Shown: positions 45,603 to 56,174, counted from the stretch's first letter. The stretch is 64,000 nucleotides of DNA from an uncultured Verrucomicrobiota bacterium (GCA_964524715.1 CAZGGF010000400.1:16964-80963); one strand, 5' to 3'. The notes: generated by a model from the sequence alone, not told the origin. Program-made: numbers and translations.

Positions 45603-47213
45603 ATGAAACTTACTCGCATGCCCTCGTTCGTCTTCACCGTAGCTGTTTCCTTCGCCGCGATCGCCGTCGTGAGCGGCGCATTTGCCGGAAGCGACTGGCC
45701 GCAATGGCGCGGCCCGATGCGCAACGGCATCGTGCCGGACAGTCCCGCGCTGGCCAATGAGTGGCCCAGCAAGGGGCTGGCGAAACTCTGGGACAGCGAG
45801 GCGATTCCGTCGGACGAGGACGGCGGCCACGGCAGCGTGGTGGCGGCAGGCGGGCGGGTCTATGCAAGCATCGTGTGGCACACCGACGTGCCAACCGAGA
45901 CGCGCGCAATAGACTATCTGGTGATGCAGCAACTCGGCTATCAATCGGTGGCCGGCTGGCCCAAGGAGGTTGTGGAGAGCATGGAGAAGGAGCGTCTCTC
46001 TCTTGACCCGAATCTGAAAGGCGCAGCGCTGGACAAATACATCGCCGACTGGATGGACAAGCACCTTGACAGCAAGAAGCGCCAGACGGCTGCCGGCTAC
46101 GTGCGCGGCCGGATCGCGAAGCGCGGCGACGCCATCCCGTTGGAGGTGTATGACAAACTGCTGACGGTCTCGAAAACACGGTTTCCAAGCCAGGCGGCGA
46201 TGGAGAAGTGGGTCAACGAGCAGAATTTCAGCGAGCCGATCAAGAAGCAGATCATAGCGGCAGTGCCGCCAACGATGAAGGTAGCCGAGGACGTGGTGAT
46301 CTGTCTCGACCTCGTCACAGGCAAGACGTTGTGGAAATGCAAGTCGCCCGGCGAAGCCACCGGCCGCATGGCCTCCAGCACGCCGTGCGTGGCCGGAGGG
46401 CGTGTGTATGCTCTCGGCAGCGCGCACTTCTACGCTGTGGATGCGAACGACGGAAAGTTGATCTGGTCCGCCCCGCTGCCCGCCAAGGCCCCGGCATCGT
46501 CACCGTTGGTTGTGGACGGCGTGCTCGTCATGAACACCGGCAAGCTCGCCGCGTTCGACACCGCGACGGGCAAGCAGCTCTGGATGCAGGCCAAGGCCGG
46601 CGGTGGCAATTCGTCGCCCGTGGCATGGAAATGCGGCGACAAGACCGTGGTCATTTGCAACGGCCGCGGTGTGATCGCGGGCGTGGACCTCAAGAGCGGC
46701 GACGTTCTCTGGACCACACCGGGCGGCGGCGACTGCACACCAGCGATTGTCGGCGATTCGCTCGCCGCGCAGAGCAACAATCCGAAGATCGGCATTCTCG
46801 CAGGCAAGCTGACAGCCACCGGCTTCACCAAGCTGTGGAATTTCCCCATTGATCCGCTGCGCTCGCAGTCCAGCCCGCTCATCCTCGACAAACATGTCTA
46901 CCTGATGGATGACAATGTTCACTACTGCTTCGACCTGGCGACCGGCCGCGTACTATGGCAGGAGAAAGTGCCCTCTTCGACGATCTCGTCGCCCGCCTTT
47001 GTTGACGGGAAGATTTTCCTGATGGTCAACGGCGGTACCAAGGTTCTCATGCTCAAGCCTTCGCCGGAGAAACATATCGAGCTCGGCAAAGCCACCACCC
47101 GCGCGATGTGGGTCCCCACACCTGCCATCGCCGACGGCAAGCTCGTGGTGCGCGGCCGCAAGGCCATCACATGCTACAGCCTGACCGCCGAAGCTAAGGC
47201 GCCGGCCAAGTAA
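45603..47213 (+). CDS. PQQ-like (BamB-type) beta-propeller repeat secreted protein
   Basis: After the signal peptide come DWPQWRGPMRNG and repeated G..LW motifs. The likely start is ATG 45603. Confidence 0.8.
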   Translation: MKLTRMPSFVFTVAVSFAAIAVVSGAFAGSDWPQWRGPMRNGIVPDSPALANEWPSKGLAKLWDSEAIPSDEDGGHGSVVAAGGRVYASIVWHTDVPTETRAIDYLVMQQLGYQSVAGWPKEVVESMEKERLSLDPNLKGAALDKYIADWMDKHLDSKKRQTAAGYVRGRIAKRGDAIPLEVYDKLLTVSKTRFPSQAAMEKWVNEQNFSEPIKKQIIAAVPPTMKVAEDVVICLDLVTGKTLWKCKSPGEATGRMASSTPCVAGGRVYALGSAHFYAVDANDGKLIWSAPLPAKAPASSPLVVDGVLVMNTGKLAAFDTATGKQLWMQAKAGGGNSSPVAWKCGDKTVVICNGRGVIAGVDLKSGDVLWTTPGGGDCTPAIVGDSLAAQSNNPKIGILAGKLTATGFTKLWNFPIDPLRSQSSPLILDKHVYLMDDNVHYCFDLATGRVLWQEKVPSSTISSPAFVDGKIFLMVNGGTKVLMLKPSPEKHIELGKATTRAMWVPTPAIADGKLVVRGRKAITCYSLTAEAKAPAK

Positions 47214-47231
47214 CACAAGCAGCGCGTTGGT

Positions 47232-48428
47232 TCACCGTGTGGGCGTGCGGCTGAACTTGGTGAGCATGTCGCCCTCTGACAACGCAAAACCGATATAGAA
47301 CTCGATCGTTTTCTCGTTCCACCGCGCCATCAGCAAGCGGTCGGGCCGGCACGCGAGAAAACCAAATTGCATCCCGCCCGGCGTTGTGTTTGAGGCCAGC
47401 GATCCCTCGCTCGAGAGACGCTTCGCGCTGAACAATTCTTTAATCCTCGTCTCGCCACCATCCAACCTCACCACATCTCCCGCGCATTTTGCAGCCGTCT
47501 CAAACGGTGTCATCGTCACACCCGGCGTGAACGGCAGGAACAGGTGCCACTCCTTCGCGCTGCCGTCGAGGCCGCACACCAGCAGCGCACGTTCACCGTC
47601 CGCGCTCCTCAGTTCGTATTCGCGCCAGTCATATAGCGTGCCAACCTTGGCGATCTCGACGGTAGCACGCCCCATGACAGTGAAATTCCAGTGCTTGATC
47701 GTGCCGCTCGCACCCACGTCAAGCATCGCGGCGGGGATCGCCTTCTTCGTGAGTGGCGCAGATGAACGCCAGCCCGTAGACACAGAAGAAAAAAACCATG
47801 CGACCATCACCACGGCAAAGACCACCACTTTCCATATCCAGCCCGACGATGCGAACTCCGTCATTCCGCCACCTGATGAAAGAGAACGACCCGCCGAGAA
47901 CTCGCGATCGCTCGCCGGCATTTGCGGCAACTTGAATGCCTCGGTGATTGTCTCAGCAGGTACGGTAATGCCCTGGTAGTACTCGACTTCGTCGCCAGTC
48001 CAACTCACCACCAACATTCGGTTGTCGCTTTCGACATTGAAGTAGTCGGCTACATCGCCGACCTCCACACCGTCGGGCGGCCTGCCTTCGATGAAGTAGA
48101 CGCGTGACTGGTCCACCAAGGTGATCGGCATCGGCTGGCCGTCGAGGTTGATGCTATCGCCGACGTTTTTGGCCGCCGCCTTGTCCGCAGTCAACGGATG
48201 CACCGGCTCGAAAAGCGTGAACAGCCGCCATTCAGGACCGTCCTCCGTTTCCTCGAACACCAACGTGGCAGAATCGCCGGCGTCGTCCACCAAGTGATAC
48301 TCGTTCCAGTAGTAAGTCTCGCCCTCGTCGTCCATGCCCATGACCACGCGCCCGGCAACGCGGAAACGCTGGCCTCCCAGCACACCCGCAGTGCCGATTC
48401 GCAGTGGAGTTGGGTTGGCGTAGTTCAT
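47232..48428 (-). CDS. Tandem DUF4178-domain membrane protein
   Basis: There are two copies of a G..F.V.GR....D.EG..Y.W.EY.L-type domain separated by a TM helix (WIWKVVVFAVVMVAWFF). The likely start is ATG 48428, 2 nt after the upstream stop. Confidence 0.7.
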   Translation of the reverse strand: MNYANPTPLRIGTAGVLGGQRFRVAGRVVMGMDDEGETYYWNEYHLVDDAGDSATLVFEETEDGPEWRLFTLFEPVHPLTADKAAAKNVGDSINLDGQPMPITLVDQSRVYFIEGRPPDGVEVGDVADYFNVESDNRMLVVSWTGDEVEYYQGITVPAETITEAFKLPQMPASDREFSAGRSLSSGGGMTEFASSGWIWKVVVFAVVMVAWFFSSVSTGWRSSAPLTKKAIPAAMLDVGASGTIKHWNFTVMGRATVEIAKVGTLYDWREYELRSADGERALLVCGLDGSAKEWHLFLPFTPGVTMTPFETAAKCAGDVVRLDGGETRIKELFSAKRLSSEGSLASNTTPGGMQFGFLACRPDRLLMARWNEKTIEFYIGFALSEGDMLTKFSRTPTR

Positions 48429-48430
48429 GG

Positions 48431-49552
48431 TCAGCGAAAGAAGTGCGGCACAAAGCGGCTTAGGTTGCCTGTGATGCGCCTGGTGTCCTCGCGAATGCCA
48501 AGGCCAGCCGGCTCGTGATCCACGATCCACACGCCAAACACCGGCCGGTTGCCGTCGAACTGCGGCATCGTAGCGAGGGCTTGATAAACATATCCCTCCT
48601 CGCCATAACCGCCGTCGGTTTCCTCAACGGTCACGCCGCTCTCGAACCATGCGACGTTGCTGCCTTCGCGGCTGAGCTTCGGCTTCCGCACATAGCACCC
48701 GCCGAGTGGCGCCACAGTCTCGTGAGCCGGTAAGAGGTTTGGATGATTGGGAAAAAGCTCCCAAAGAATCGGCAGCAGTCCCTTGTTGCTGAGCAGCATC
48801 TTCCACGCCGGTTCGATGAATTGCACCGGCTCTTTCGTGAGATTCGGGCCAAACTCCTCGTGCCACATCCACTCCCACGGATAGAGCTTGAAACAGTGTG
48901 TGATGCGCTGGCCCTCGGAGTCCACGAAGATGCTCTGGCCTGCATCCCAGCCGATGTCCTCAATGGCGACGGCTTTCGTCGTCACACCGGCCTGCTGGCA
49001 CGTATCGCGGAGGTATAGCACTGTCTGCTCGTCTTCGGGATGGTCTTTGATGCTGCTGAAGTGAATCGTCGTGCCAGCCCAGCGACGCCACGCTTCGATG
49101 AGCCGCTCATGAATCGAATTGAACTGGTCGGCGTCGGACCGCGTCTCCTGCAACCAGAACCATTGTGCCACTGCCGCCTCCACCAGCGCCGTCGGCGTGT
49201 CGGCGTTGTATTCAAACAACTTCGGCGGATTCTGGCCATCGTAGGCAAGGTCGAACCTGCCATAGAGACTGAAGTCGTCCCGTTCCCACGAACGCAGGAT
49301 GCCCGGGCGCGCGATCTCCGGAATCCCCAGCCGCTGCCACCAGTTGTGCTCGATCACCGCCTCCGCCGCATCGATGCAAAGCCGGTGCAACGTCTGCGCC
49401 GCCGTTTCCAACGCACTCACGTCACCCGCGGTCAACTCGTAGCAGGCCGACTCGTCCCAATACGGCCCGCAATCGTGCGAGTGATACGTCAGGCCGACGT
49501 TCTCAACCTTCTCACGCCACGCAAGTCTGGGTTCGCAGCGGTGCCGTTGCAT
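48431..49552 (-). CDS. Glutathionylspermidine-synthase-like ATP-grasp protein (YgiC/YjfC family)
   Basis: It reads GLTYHSHD..PYWDES.CYEL...LYGRFDLAYDG..PKLFEYNADTPT...LLSNKGLLPILWELFPNHPNLLPA...YVRKPKLSREGSNV. The likely start is ATG 49552. Confidence 0.85.
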   Translation of the reverse strand: MQRHRCEPRLAWREKVENVGLTYHSHDCGPYWDESACYELTAGDVSALETAAQTLHRLCIDAAEAVIEHNWWQRLGIPEIARPGILRSWERDDFSLYGRFDLAYDGQNPPKLFEYNADTPTALVEAAVAQWFWLQETRSDADQFNSIHERLIEAWRRWAGTTIHFSSIKDHPEDEQTVLYLRDTCQQAGVTTKAVAIEDIGWDAGQSIFVDSEGQRITHCFKLYPWEWMWHEEFGPNLTKEPVQFIEPAWKMLLSNKGLLPILWELFPNHPNLLPAHETVAPLGGCYVRKPKLSREGSNVAWFESGVTVEETDGGYGEEGYVYQALATMPQFDGNRPVFGVWIVDHEPAGLGIREDTRRITGNLSRFVPHFFR

Positions 49553-49935
49553 CAGGAGTAAACCGAATGATAGTGCGACGTGCTGCCGAAGCCGCTGCGC
49601 CGGACCGTGCCGGCGGGGGCCGTGGCCGCCCGCGCCGCGCTCAACGCCTCCGGCGTCGGCGCAGAGAGATTTGTGATGGTCATCAGCGGCGACGTCGACC
49701 ACGTGCCGCCGTAGTAGTAAGCGTTTCGCCGCGCGTCGTAATGGTTATAAGGCAACGGGAACCACGCGCGAAACGGCGCGTGGTAGTAGCCGAGGTGGGC
49801 AACGTAGTAATTGTTCGTGTAGACGTTGCCCGAGCGAAAAGTGCCCGGCGAGTTTGATGAAGAATCGCAACCGCTGAGCGCGCCAGCCGACAGGCCGCTA
49901 ATGAGCACGAGTTTGACGCTTTTGCTCCGCTTCAC
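49552..49935 (-). CDS. DUF1190 (YjfM/YgiB-like) lipoprotein
   Basis: It has KRSKSVKLVLISGLSAGALSGC (lipobox) and a C-terminal VRRSGFGSTS, as in YgiB. The probable start is GTG at 49935. Its stop overlaps the downstream ATG by 1 nt. Confidence 0.55.
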   Translation of the reverse strand: MKRSKSVKLVLISGLSAGALSGCDSSSNSPGTFRSGNVYTNNYYVAHLGYYHAPFRAWFPLPYNHYDARRNAYYYGGTWSTSPLMTITNLSAPTPEALSAARAATAPAGTVRRSGFGSTSHYHSVYS

Positions 49936-49958
49936 GTTGGCGCGAGAAAACAGACGGT

Positions 49959-50267
49959 TCAGCCAATCATCGCCGCGGCAATGATGATGCACACGCCGAG
50001 AATGACCGCGGCGGCAACGATGGCGGCGGCCACATTCTTGTTCTCGATGATTTCCTTGTTCAGGTCACCCGGCGTGCACATATCGAAGATCTTGTAACCC
50101 AGGATGGCAGCGCCGATGCCCACCGCGGCAAAGAGCACCATCATGCCTAGCGCTTGGCCAAGCGTCTGGGCGTGCCAGGTCGTGGCAGGCGCGGCATCCG
50201 CGGCAAAAAGTGTCGCAGGCAAAAGGAGTGGAAGAAATAAAAGGATGCGGGCAGGGATTCGTTTCAT
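49959..50267 (-). CDS. DUF350 (YjfL-like) small membrane protein
   Basis: It contains ILGYKIFDMCTPGDLNKEIIENKNVAAAIVAAAVILGVCIIIAAAM. The likely start is ATG 50267. Confidence 0.75.
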   Translation of the reverse strand: MKRIPARILLFLPLLLPATLFAADAAPATTWHAQTLGQALGMMVLFAAVGIGAAILGYKIFDMCTPGDLNKEIIENKNVAAAIVAAAVILGVCIIIAAAMIG

Positions 50268-50344
50268 GGTTTGTCGCTCCGGTCCCATCGTAACAACCGC
50301 TTGCACCAGCTCAAGCGGAAAAGTCCCGCTGCCAACACTGACCG

Positions 50345-51373
50345 TTACGGTGCGCGATCCAACCGCAATACCGCGGCCAGTGTAGCCTGCGTGCTCATGC
50401 GCACGTTGACGTAGTCCACTCGTTCCGGTTTATCCTCGGCTTCGTGATACGCGGAATCCGCGTAGGGATAGGAACCGAGACTCGCCACCGCGCAAGGATA
50501 ACCCGCCTTGATAAACGAGCCGTCGTCATCACCGGGCCGCTTGCGTTCATAAGAACTTTGGATGAGGCCGATCTTGTAGGCATCATTCACCTCGGCCATC
50601 AGGTCGGCCAGACGTTTGCCTTCGGGCGCGGTATATAACGTGACATTCGTCTTGCGGCCGGCGGCAACGTCCTCGTCCGATTTGCCGCCGATGCTATCCA
50701 CGTTGAAGATGGCAATGAGGTTGTCGCCGCGCTGCCGGCAATTCTTCGCGGTGATGTTGCTCGTCCACGGTGCATGCTCCTCGTTGCACCAAAGAAACCA
50801 GATGGACCGTTCGCTCTGGTAGCCAGCCAGCACGCGCGCCAGTTCCAACAGGGCTACCGTGCCAACGCCGTTGTCATACGCGCCCGGCGAGTCAATCCAG
50901 CTTTGCGAGTCCTTGTGGGCCACCAACACGATGATCTCTTTCGGGCAGCGCCGACCGGTCTTCTTCGCGTAAAGGTTGCGGACTGTGAAAAACGGCGAGT
51001 CGTAAGCAGGCCGCGCGTAGGTGTGGTGTCTCGGCTTCTTCAGGTCGCAACCAAACGCCTGCACTTCGCAAATGTCGGATTCCTGCTTGTAATCGTAATT
51101 GCGCAACCGCCGCTCGATCCACGCATCCGTTTCCTCCAACGTGCTTCGTTTGTGGCCCGGCACGGCGTAGTTCGCCTTCCGAAACGGCAACGGTTGCTTC
51201 GCCAGGTAAAACAAATCGCGCCGCAGGTTGGTTTCGCTGACTTGCGCGAGCAGACCGGGGATGATGTCGCTGCCTGTGGTCGCACCTTTCGCGGACTGTG
51301 TGGGTGGAGTTTTATCGGCGCAGCCTGAAGCAAGAACGAGGATGCAAATCGCTGCGCCACTAATGTTGCGCAT
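50345..51373 (-). CDS. M28-family aminopeptidase lipoprotein
   Basis: It has a lipobox (LVLASGC) and the motifs VAHKDS...GAYDNGVGTVALLELARVL...WCNEEH. Confidence 0.8.
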   Translation of the reverse strand: MRNISGAAICILVLASGCADKTPPTQSAKGATTGSDIIPGLLAQVSETNLRRDLFYLAKQPLPFRKANYAVPGHKRSTLEETDAWIERRLRNYDYKQESDICEVQAFGCDLKKPRHHTYARPAYDSPFFTVRNLYAKKTGRRCPKEIIVLVAHKDSQSWIDSPGAYDNGVGTVALLELARVLAGYQSERSIWFLWCNEEHAPWTSNITAKNCRQRGDNLIAIFNVDSIGGKSDEDVAAGRKTNVTLYTAPEGKRLADLMAEVNDAYKIGLIQSSYERKRPGDDDGSFIKAGYPCAVASLGSYPYADSAYHEAEDKPERVDYVNVRMSTQATLAAVLRLDRAP

Positions 51374-51470
51374 GTTCGTCAATCTCACGCGCGGAGTTTG
51401 ACACAAACCCATTCAAAAGCCAACACCGGTCAGCAAGTAATCCGGGCAACGGTGTTTTAGGGAAATGCTT

Positions 51471-53840
51471 TCATTGGGTTCGTTCCCCCATCTTCAGCAC
51501 GCGCAGACCAAACACGCCGCCAGCGGTGGCATGCGGATGCGCCTGGAACTTTATCGTCACTCGCTGTTTGCCTGCGATGAGTCTCGCAGGAATCGGATAC
51601 TCGACATCAAAGAACTCGTCGGGCTTGTTTCTTGCCAGTGTCTGCGTCGCGATCTTCTCCTCGTCCACGAGAATGTCGAATTCGCGCTTGCCGCCATCGT
51701 TGCCCCAATAGGTGCAAAGCAGGATGGCGGACGAGCCGGAGGGAACCTTCATCTCATAGGCAAATGAACCGCCATCCCTGGCATGCCGCCAGAGACGGCC
51801 ATCGAAGACGCCGGCATCGCTGCGCTCACCCTTGAAATTGTGAGCGCGCTCCGGTTCAAACTCGCCGATGCGAACAACATCCACGGTGCGCGCGTTCAAT
51901 TCGCGCTCGCGCCGTTCTTCTGCATCAAGCGCGGCGCGGCGCTTGTCCCATTGTTCGCGGGTGAACAGATCCCAATAGATCGAGTAACGCTGCGGCGGGA
52001 GTGTGTGAAAAGCAACGAGCGTCACATCGCGGGGTTTACCGACGCCTTTGGTGGTGAACATGAGCGGCTTACCGGGAACTGCTTCGACCCATTCGCTGAC
52101 GGGCCGCCCTTGCGCGAGAAGCACCGGCGCAGGCGGGGCAGTCTTGCCTTTGAAGAAATCGGACTGACTTTTCGCATACGGCATCGGCGGAACGATGCCC
52201 TCGCTGCCGAGTGCGCCCGCGAGCACCACCGGTCCGTAGCAGATGGCGACGCGGTTCGGATCATCAGGCATCGGCTCCAAACGCAGGCTCATCGGGAGCC
52301 GCACCTCAACACGGTCGCCGTTCTTCCACTCGCGCCGCAGCTCCACATAGCCGTCGACGCAAGGAGGCGCTTCGACACGCTTGCCATTCAGCAGCACAAC
52401 TATCTCACCCACCCAAGCCGGCCGGCGAATCCTGAGGCTGAGAGGGACAGGCTTCCCGCACTGCAACGACAACCGCGTCGTGTCCTGTTCGGGAAAGCGT
52501 GTCTCCTGCCGCAAGACAAGGCCCTTATCTTTCCACGTCAGTTCCGAAGCGATGAAGAGGTTTACGTAGAGTGAGCGGTCATCGTGCCAGTAAATGCTGT
52601 CGCCGTATTTGGCGTGGCTCTCGGTGCCCGTGCCGGTGCAGCACCAGAATGAATCGCGCGGCGTGTTGTAGGGCATGAACCACGCGCCGTATAGCGGCAC
52701 GTGATATCCCATCATGCCGGTGCGCGGATCCTGCGTGGCTAGGATTTGGTTATAGAGAGCGCGTTCATAATAATCCGCCTGGGCGGCATTCGGATTCCAC
52801 GCAAATACATGCCGCGTGAGCTTGAGCATGTTGTGCGTATTGCAGGTCTCGGCCGTCCACGGACTGATCCGCTGCGCCAGTTGGTCCGGGGACCCGAAAT
52901 GCTCATGGTCGCTGTTGCCGCCTATGGCGTAGCTGTGGTGGTTCACAACGCGGTCCCAGAAGAATTCCACGAGGGTCCGATAACGCTCCTCGCCAGTCAG
53001 TTCATAGAGCCGAGCCGCGCCTATGACCTTCGGGAATTGTGTGTTGGCGTGCAGCCCGGCCAGCCTATCCTGTCGCGCCGCCAGCGGATCGAGCACATGT
53101 TTATGACAGAACCGCCGCGCCGCGCGTAGATGTTTCTCGTCGCGAGTCAGCGCGTAGAGATTGGCCATCGCTTCATTCATGCCGCCATGTTCGACGGTGA
53201 GCATTTTCTGCATCTGTTCGTCGCTGAGCCGCTCGTTGCGAGCAGCAACCCAGTCGCCGAAACGCCTCGCCACGTCGAGCGCCTGCGTGTTGCCGCAACG
53301 CGTGTGAATATCAAGCAGGCCGGCGAGGATTTTGTGCAGCGTGTAATAAGGCGCCCAGACTTTGCCTGTCGTCTCGACACGATCAATGAACGACTCCGGG
53401 AACGCGCTCAGATACCCACTCGGCCCAAGTGCCGTCTGACACTTTGCGAGTTCACGCACCATCAGCGCCGCTCGCTCCTTGAGTTGCTCATCGCCCGTCG
53501 AGGCAAACATCAACGCGCACGCCGAAAGATAGTGGCCCACGAAATGACCACGAATTTCGATCTTCGGCGTCTCCCATCCACCCAGCGGCTCAGCCGATGA
53601 CGGCAGGCCGGCGTTGAGACGAAATGCATGGAGAAGGCGATCTGGTTCCAAACTGAACAGATACGCCTTGTCTCTCAACATCGCGTCGCGAAACCGTCCA
53701 TCGAGCAGGCGCACATCCGTAAGATCGAACGGCTGCAACCTGCACACGTTCTTCGGCGATACGGGATCGCTGGCAGGCAATGCGAACACAACGACCGGTG
53801 CGGATAAAACGCACAGCAATGAGAGGCAGAACAATCTCAT
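51471..53840 (-). CDS. Glycoside hydrolase family 127 (beta-L-arabinofuranosidase-like, DUF1680) protein with C-terminal accessory domain
   Basis: It has a signal peptide. Motifs are GHFVGHYLSA, YYTLHKI, VEHGGMNE, NTHNMLKL, WCCTGTG and ESHAKYG. Confidence 0.85.
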   Translation of the reverse strand: MRLFCLSLLCVLSAPVVVFALPASDPVSPKNVCRLQPFDLTDVRLLDGRFRDAMLRDKAYLFSLEPDRLLHAFRLNAGLPSSAEPLGGWETPKIEIRGHFVGHYLSACALMFASTGDEQLKERAALMVRELAKCQTALGPSGYLSAFPESFIDRVETTGKVWAPYYTLHKILAGLLDIHTRCGNTQALDVARRFGDWVAARNERLSDEQMQKMLTVEHGGMNEAMANLYALTRDEKHLRAARRFCHKHVLDPLAARQDRLAGLHANTQFPKVIGAARLYELTGEERYRTLVEFFWDRVVNHHSYAIGGNSDHEHFGSPDQLAQRISPWTAETCNTHNMLKLTRHVFAWNPNAAQADYYERALYNQILATQDPRTGMMGYHVPLYGAWFMPYNTPRDSFWCCTGTGTESHAKYGDSIYWHDDRSLYVNLFIASELTWKDKGLVLRQETRFPEQDTTRLSLQCGKPVPLSLRIRRPAWVGEIVVLLNGKRVEAPPCVDGYVELRREWKNGDRVEVRLPMSLRLEPMPDDPNRVAICYGPVVLAGALGSEGIVPPMPYAKSQSDFFKGKTAPPAPVLLAQGRPVSEWVEAVPGKPLMFTTKGVGKPRDVTLVAFHTLPPQRYSIYWDLFTREQWDKRRAALDAEERRERELNARTVDVVRIGEFEPERAHNFKGERSDAGVFDGRLWRHARDGGSFAYEMKVPSGSSAILLCTYWGNDGGKREFDILVDEEKIATQTLARNKPDEFFDVEYPIPARLIAGKQRVTIKFQAHPHATAGGVFGLRVLKMGERTQ

Positions 53841-54000
53841 ATCGGTTCTCCAAATGAATATGTCTGAACCGATGATAGCCGGCTACCAATCCGCTACAAC
53901 GCCAGTTTGCGGAAAACAACCGCCATTTTGCGAACCGGTCCCCGGCTTGCCACCCTGCCTGCGAAACCGCGCTATTAGCGCCAGCCAGGCGACACAGCCA

Positions 54001-56028
54001 TCACTTCGCCGCCGGCAGCTCCCACCGCTCGCCAAAGAAACCGGCGGTCACGATGCCGCCGGGTGCGCGCGAAGACACCGGCACGCTCACGTCCACAACG
54101 GCGTAGTCGGGAAGCTTCGGCGTCTGGCGGGCATTATTGAGATAGTCGTATTCGCGGAAAGTGAAGCCACTGTTGACGACGATATACCGCTTCGGGTTCA
54201 ACGGATTCGGATAAACGAGCACCGGCACGTGATGGCCCGAAGCGAAGCTCTGCGCGCCGAGTTTGACGGATTGCGCGTCCCAGCGGATCGGCAGCTTGTC
54301 AGCGAGTTTCGCGAGCACCTTGTTGCTCGACGGATCGCCCCAGAGGACGAGGTTGCTTGATGCAATGTCAGCGTTGCTCAAGTCGGTGTCGGCAACCACC
54401 CGGGCGTCACCGCGGAACTGCTTCCGCCAATGCTCAACAGCGTGTTTCATCTCGGCAGCAGCCCACGCACCGACCTTTTCATTGAGTGGTTTGCCTGTCG
54501 GCTTCACCATCACAAAGCTGTCCATGAACGCATCGTCAATCGGCCCTTGCAGACCGTGCCGTTTGCGGAGACTGCCGTCGTCCGGCGACGGTACAACGGT
54601 CCATTGCTTCCCAACCTTGCGGAAGTGCGCGATCCAGGAATGATTGGCGGGCACCGGTGGCGCATTGAGTTCCTGACCGTCGAGAATCACCTTCGGACGC
54701 CGTCCAACGGTGAGAGGACGAGCCTGCGGCGGCATTGCAAGCGTCAGCGCGTCGGCGTTCAGCGTTGTCACGCGCACTGTGGTCGGGTTGACGATGTCCG
54801 CGTCCACGCGCGCCCGTTCCCAATGCTTTTCCATGCCATCGAGCGTCACCCAAAGCATCTGGTTATAGCGCAGCGTCCACGTTGTGAACCGCACCCGCGG
54901 CGGCATCGGATTGCGGCCGCGCGCGGCGATCTCGTCAATGCGCCGGATGACCTCCGCCTTTGCCTCCGGGTGATACTTGTGCGCGGTCTGCGGACCGATG
55001 ATGTGCGTGAGCTTCATGCCTTCCGCTTCGATCGCCTTCGCCATGATGTCAGCCGCCTGCTTCTGCCGGTCAATCTCGCCGCTGTAGGCGACCGTCGGGC
55101 AGTTGAACAGGTTCGCCGCGTAGTCGGTCGCGTCGTAGAGATGCCAGAGCGTTTGTTCCCATTGCGGTGGCTTGGTCGGTTCATTCTGGAACACCTTCAG
55201 GAACTCTGCCGATTCCGCAAAACCCGCTCCCGGTGCCGCGGCGGCCCACAATCCAGCAAAGTGCGTCGCAAACTGCCAGCATGCCGCGCCGCCCATCGAG
55301 AAGCCACGCACGACGATGCGGTTCTCGTCAATCGGGTAGCGCCGTTTCACGCTATCAATCGCCTCGAACAAGTCCGTCTCGCCCGCGAATTTGTTGGCGT
55401 TGCAGTAACGACCATACAGATGGAGCACGATCGTGTCCGGCGGCGTGAACTCGCCGGGTGTTTTCTGCCGCTGGCTGATGAAGTTCACCTCGCTCAGCGT
55501 CTCGCCGCGTCCGTGAAACCAACAATCCAGCCGGTGCCGCCGCGCAGCACCCGGCTTGAACGACGGAGGCACGACCAGTCCGTAAGGCTGCACCGAGCCG
55601 TCAATCTTCGACACGTAGGCGCGCACCACCAGCCCGGTGGACGTATTCCACGACGTCTTGCCAGCGCGCAATTCCTGCGCCCGCTCCGCTCCCTGTTGGA
55701 GCAGCGATTTCCCCACAGCGATTTCAGGTTTCTTGAAAAACTCGTTGTAGTTGAGCGCGTAGCGGACGGCCTTGTGATAAACCTCCACGTCCGGCAGCAA
55801 CTCCAGTTTCGCCGGCTGGTTCTTCATCGTCCCGCGCAGCGACTCGATTTCCGCGCCAAGCTTTTTCAGTCCCGCCTCCAGTTCCGCCCGATCCTCCGCC
55901 GGCACATCGACACCCGGCGGTGGCACAGGCCGCACGCTATCCGGCAGGTTGTCGCGCGGGCCGTCGGCGCGAAGAGTGGCGGCGAAGAGGAGAGCAGAAA
56001 TTGGCAAGAGCATTGGGAAAAAGTTCAT
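54001..56028 (-). CDS. Secreted alpha/beta-hydrolase (S9 peptidase/esterase-like) protein
   Basis: It has a signal peptide and the nucleophile elbow GFSMGG within VVRGFSMGGAACWQFATHF. The C-terminal domain is large and unassigned. Confidence 0.7.
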   Translation of the reverse strand: MNFFPMLLPISALLFAATLRADGPRDNLPDSVRPVPPPGVDVPAEDRAELEAGLKKLGAEIESLRGTMKNQPAKLELLPDVEVYHKAVRYALNYNEFFKKPEIAVGKSLLQQGAERAQELRAGKTSWNTSTGLVVRAYVSKIDGSVQPYGLVVPPSFKPGAARRHRLDCWFHGRGETLSEVNFISQRQKTPGEFTPPDTIVLHLYGRYCNANKFAGETDLFEAIDSVKRRYPIDENRIVVRGFSMGGAACWQFATHFAGLWAAAAPGAGFAESAEFLKVFQNEPTKPPQWEQTLWHLYDATDYAANLFNCPTVAYSGEIDRQKQAADIMAKAIEAEGMKLTHIIGPQTAHKYHPEAKAEVIRRIDEIAARGRNPMPPRVRFTTWTLRYNQMLWVTLDGMEKHWERARVDADIVNPTTVRVTTLNADALTLAMPPQARPLTVGRRPKVILDGQELNAPPVPANHSWIAHFRKVGKQWTVVPSPDDGSLRKRHGLQGPIDDAFMDSFVMVKPTGKPLNEKVGAWAAAEMKHAVEHWRKQFRGDARVVADTDLSNADIASSNLVLWGDPSSNKVLAKLADKLPIRWDAQSVKLGAQSFASGHHVPVLVYPNPLNPKRYIVVNSGFTFREYDYLNNARQTPKLPDYAVVDVSVPVSSRAPGGIVTAGFFGERWELPAAK

Positions 56029-56174
56029 TGATCAATCCATGCGTCACTCCGCCGCAGAAGACAAGCCGGAAACAACCGTGTCTGGGCGGGAGAAAGCGTT
56101 GACTGGTGCGGGAAGGGACACTGGGAACTTGGACAAAGTGAACAATGTGGACAGAATGGAGTAGGAACGGAGCC

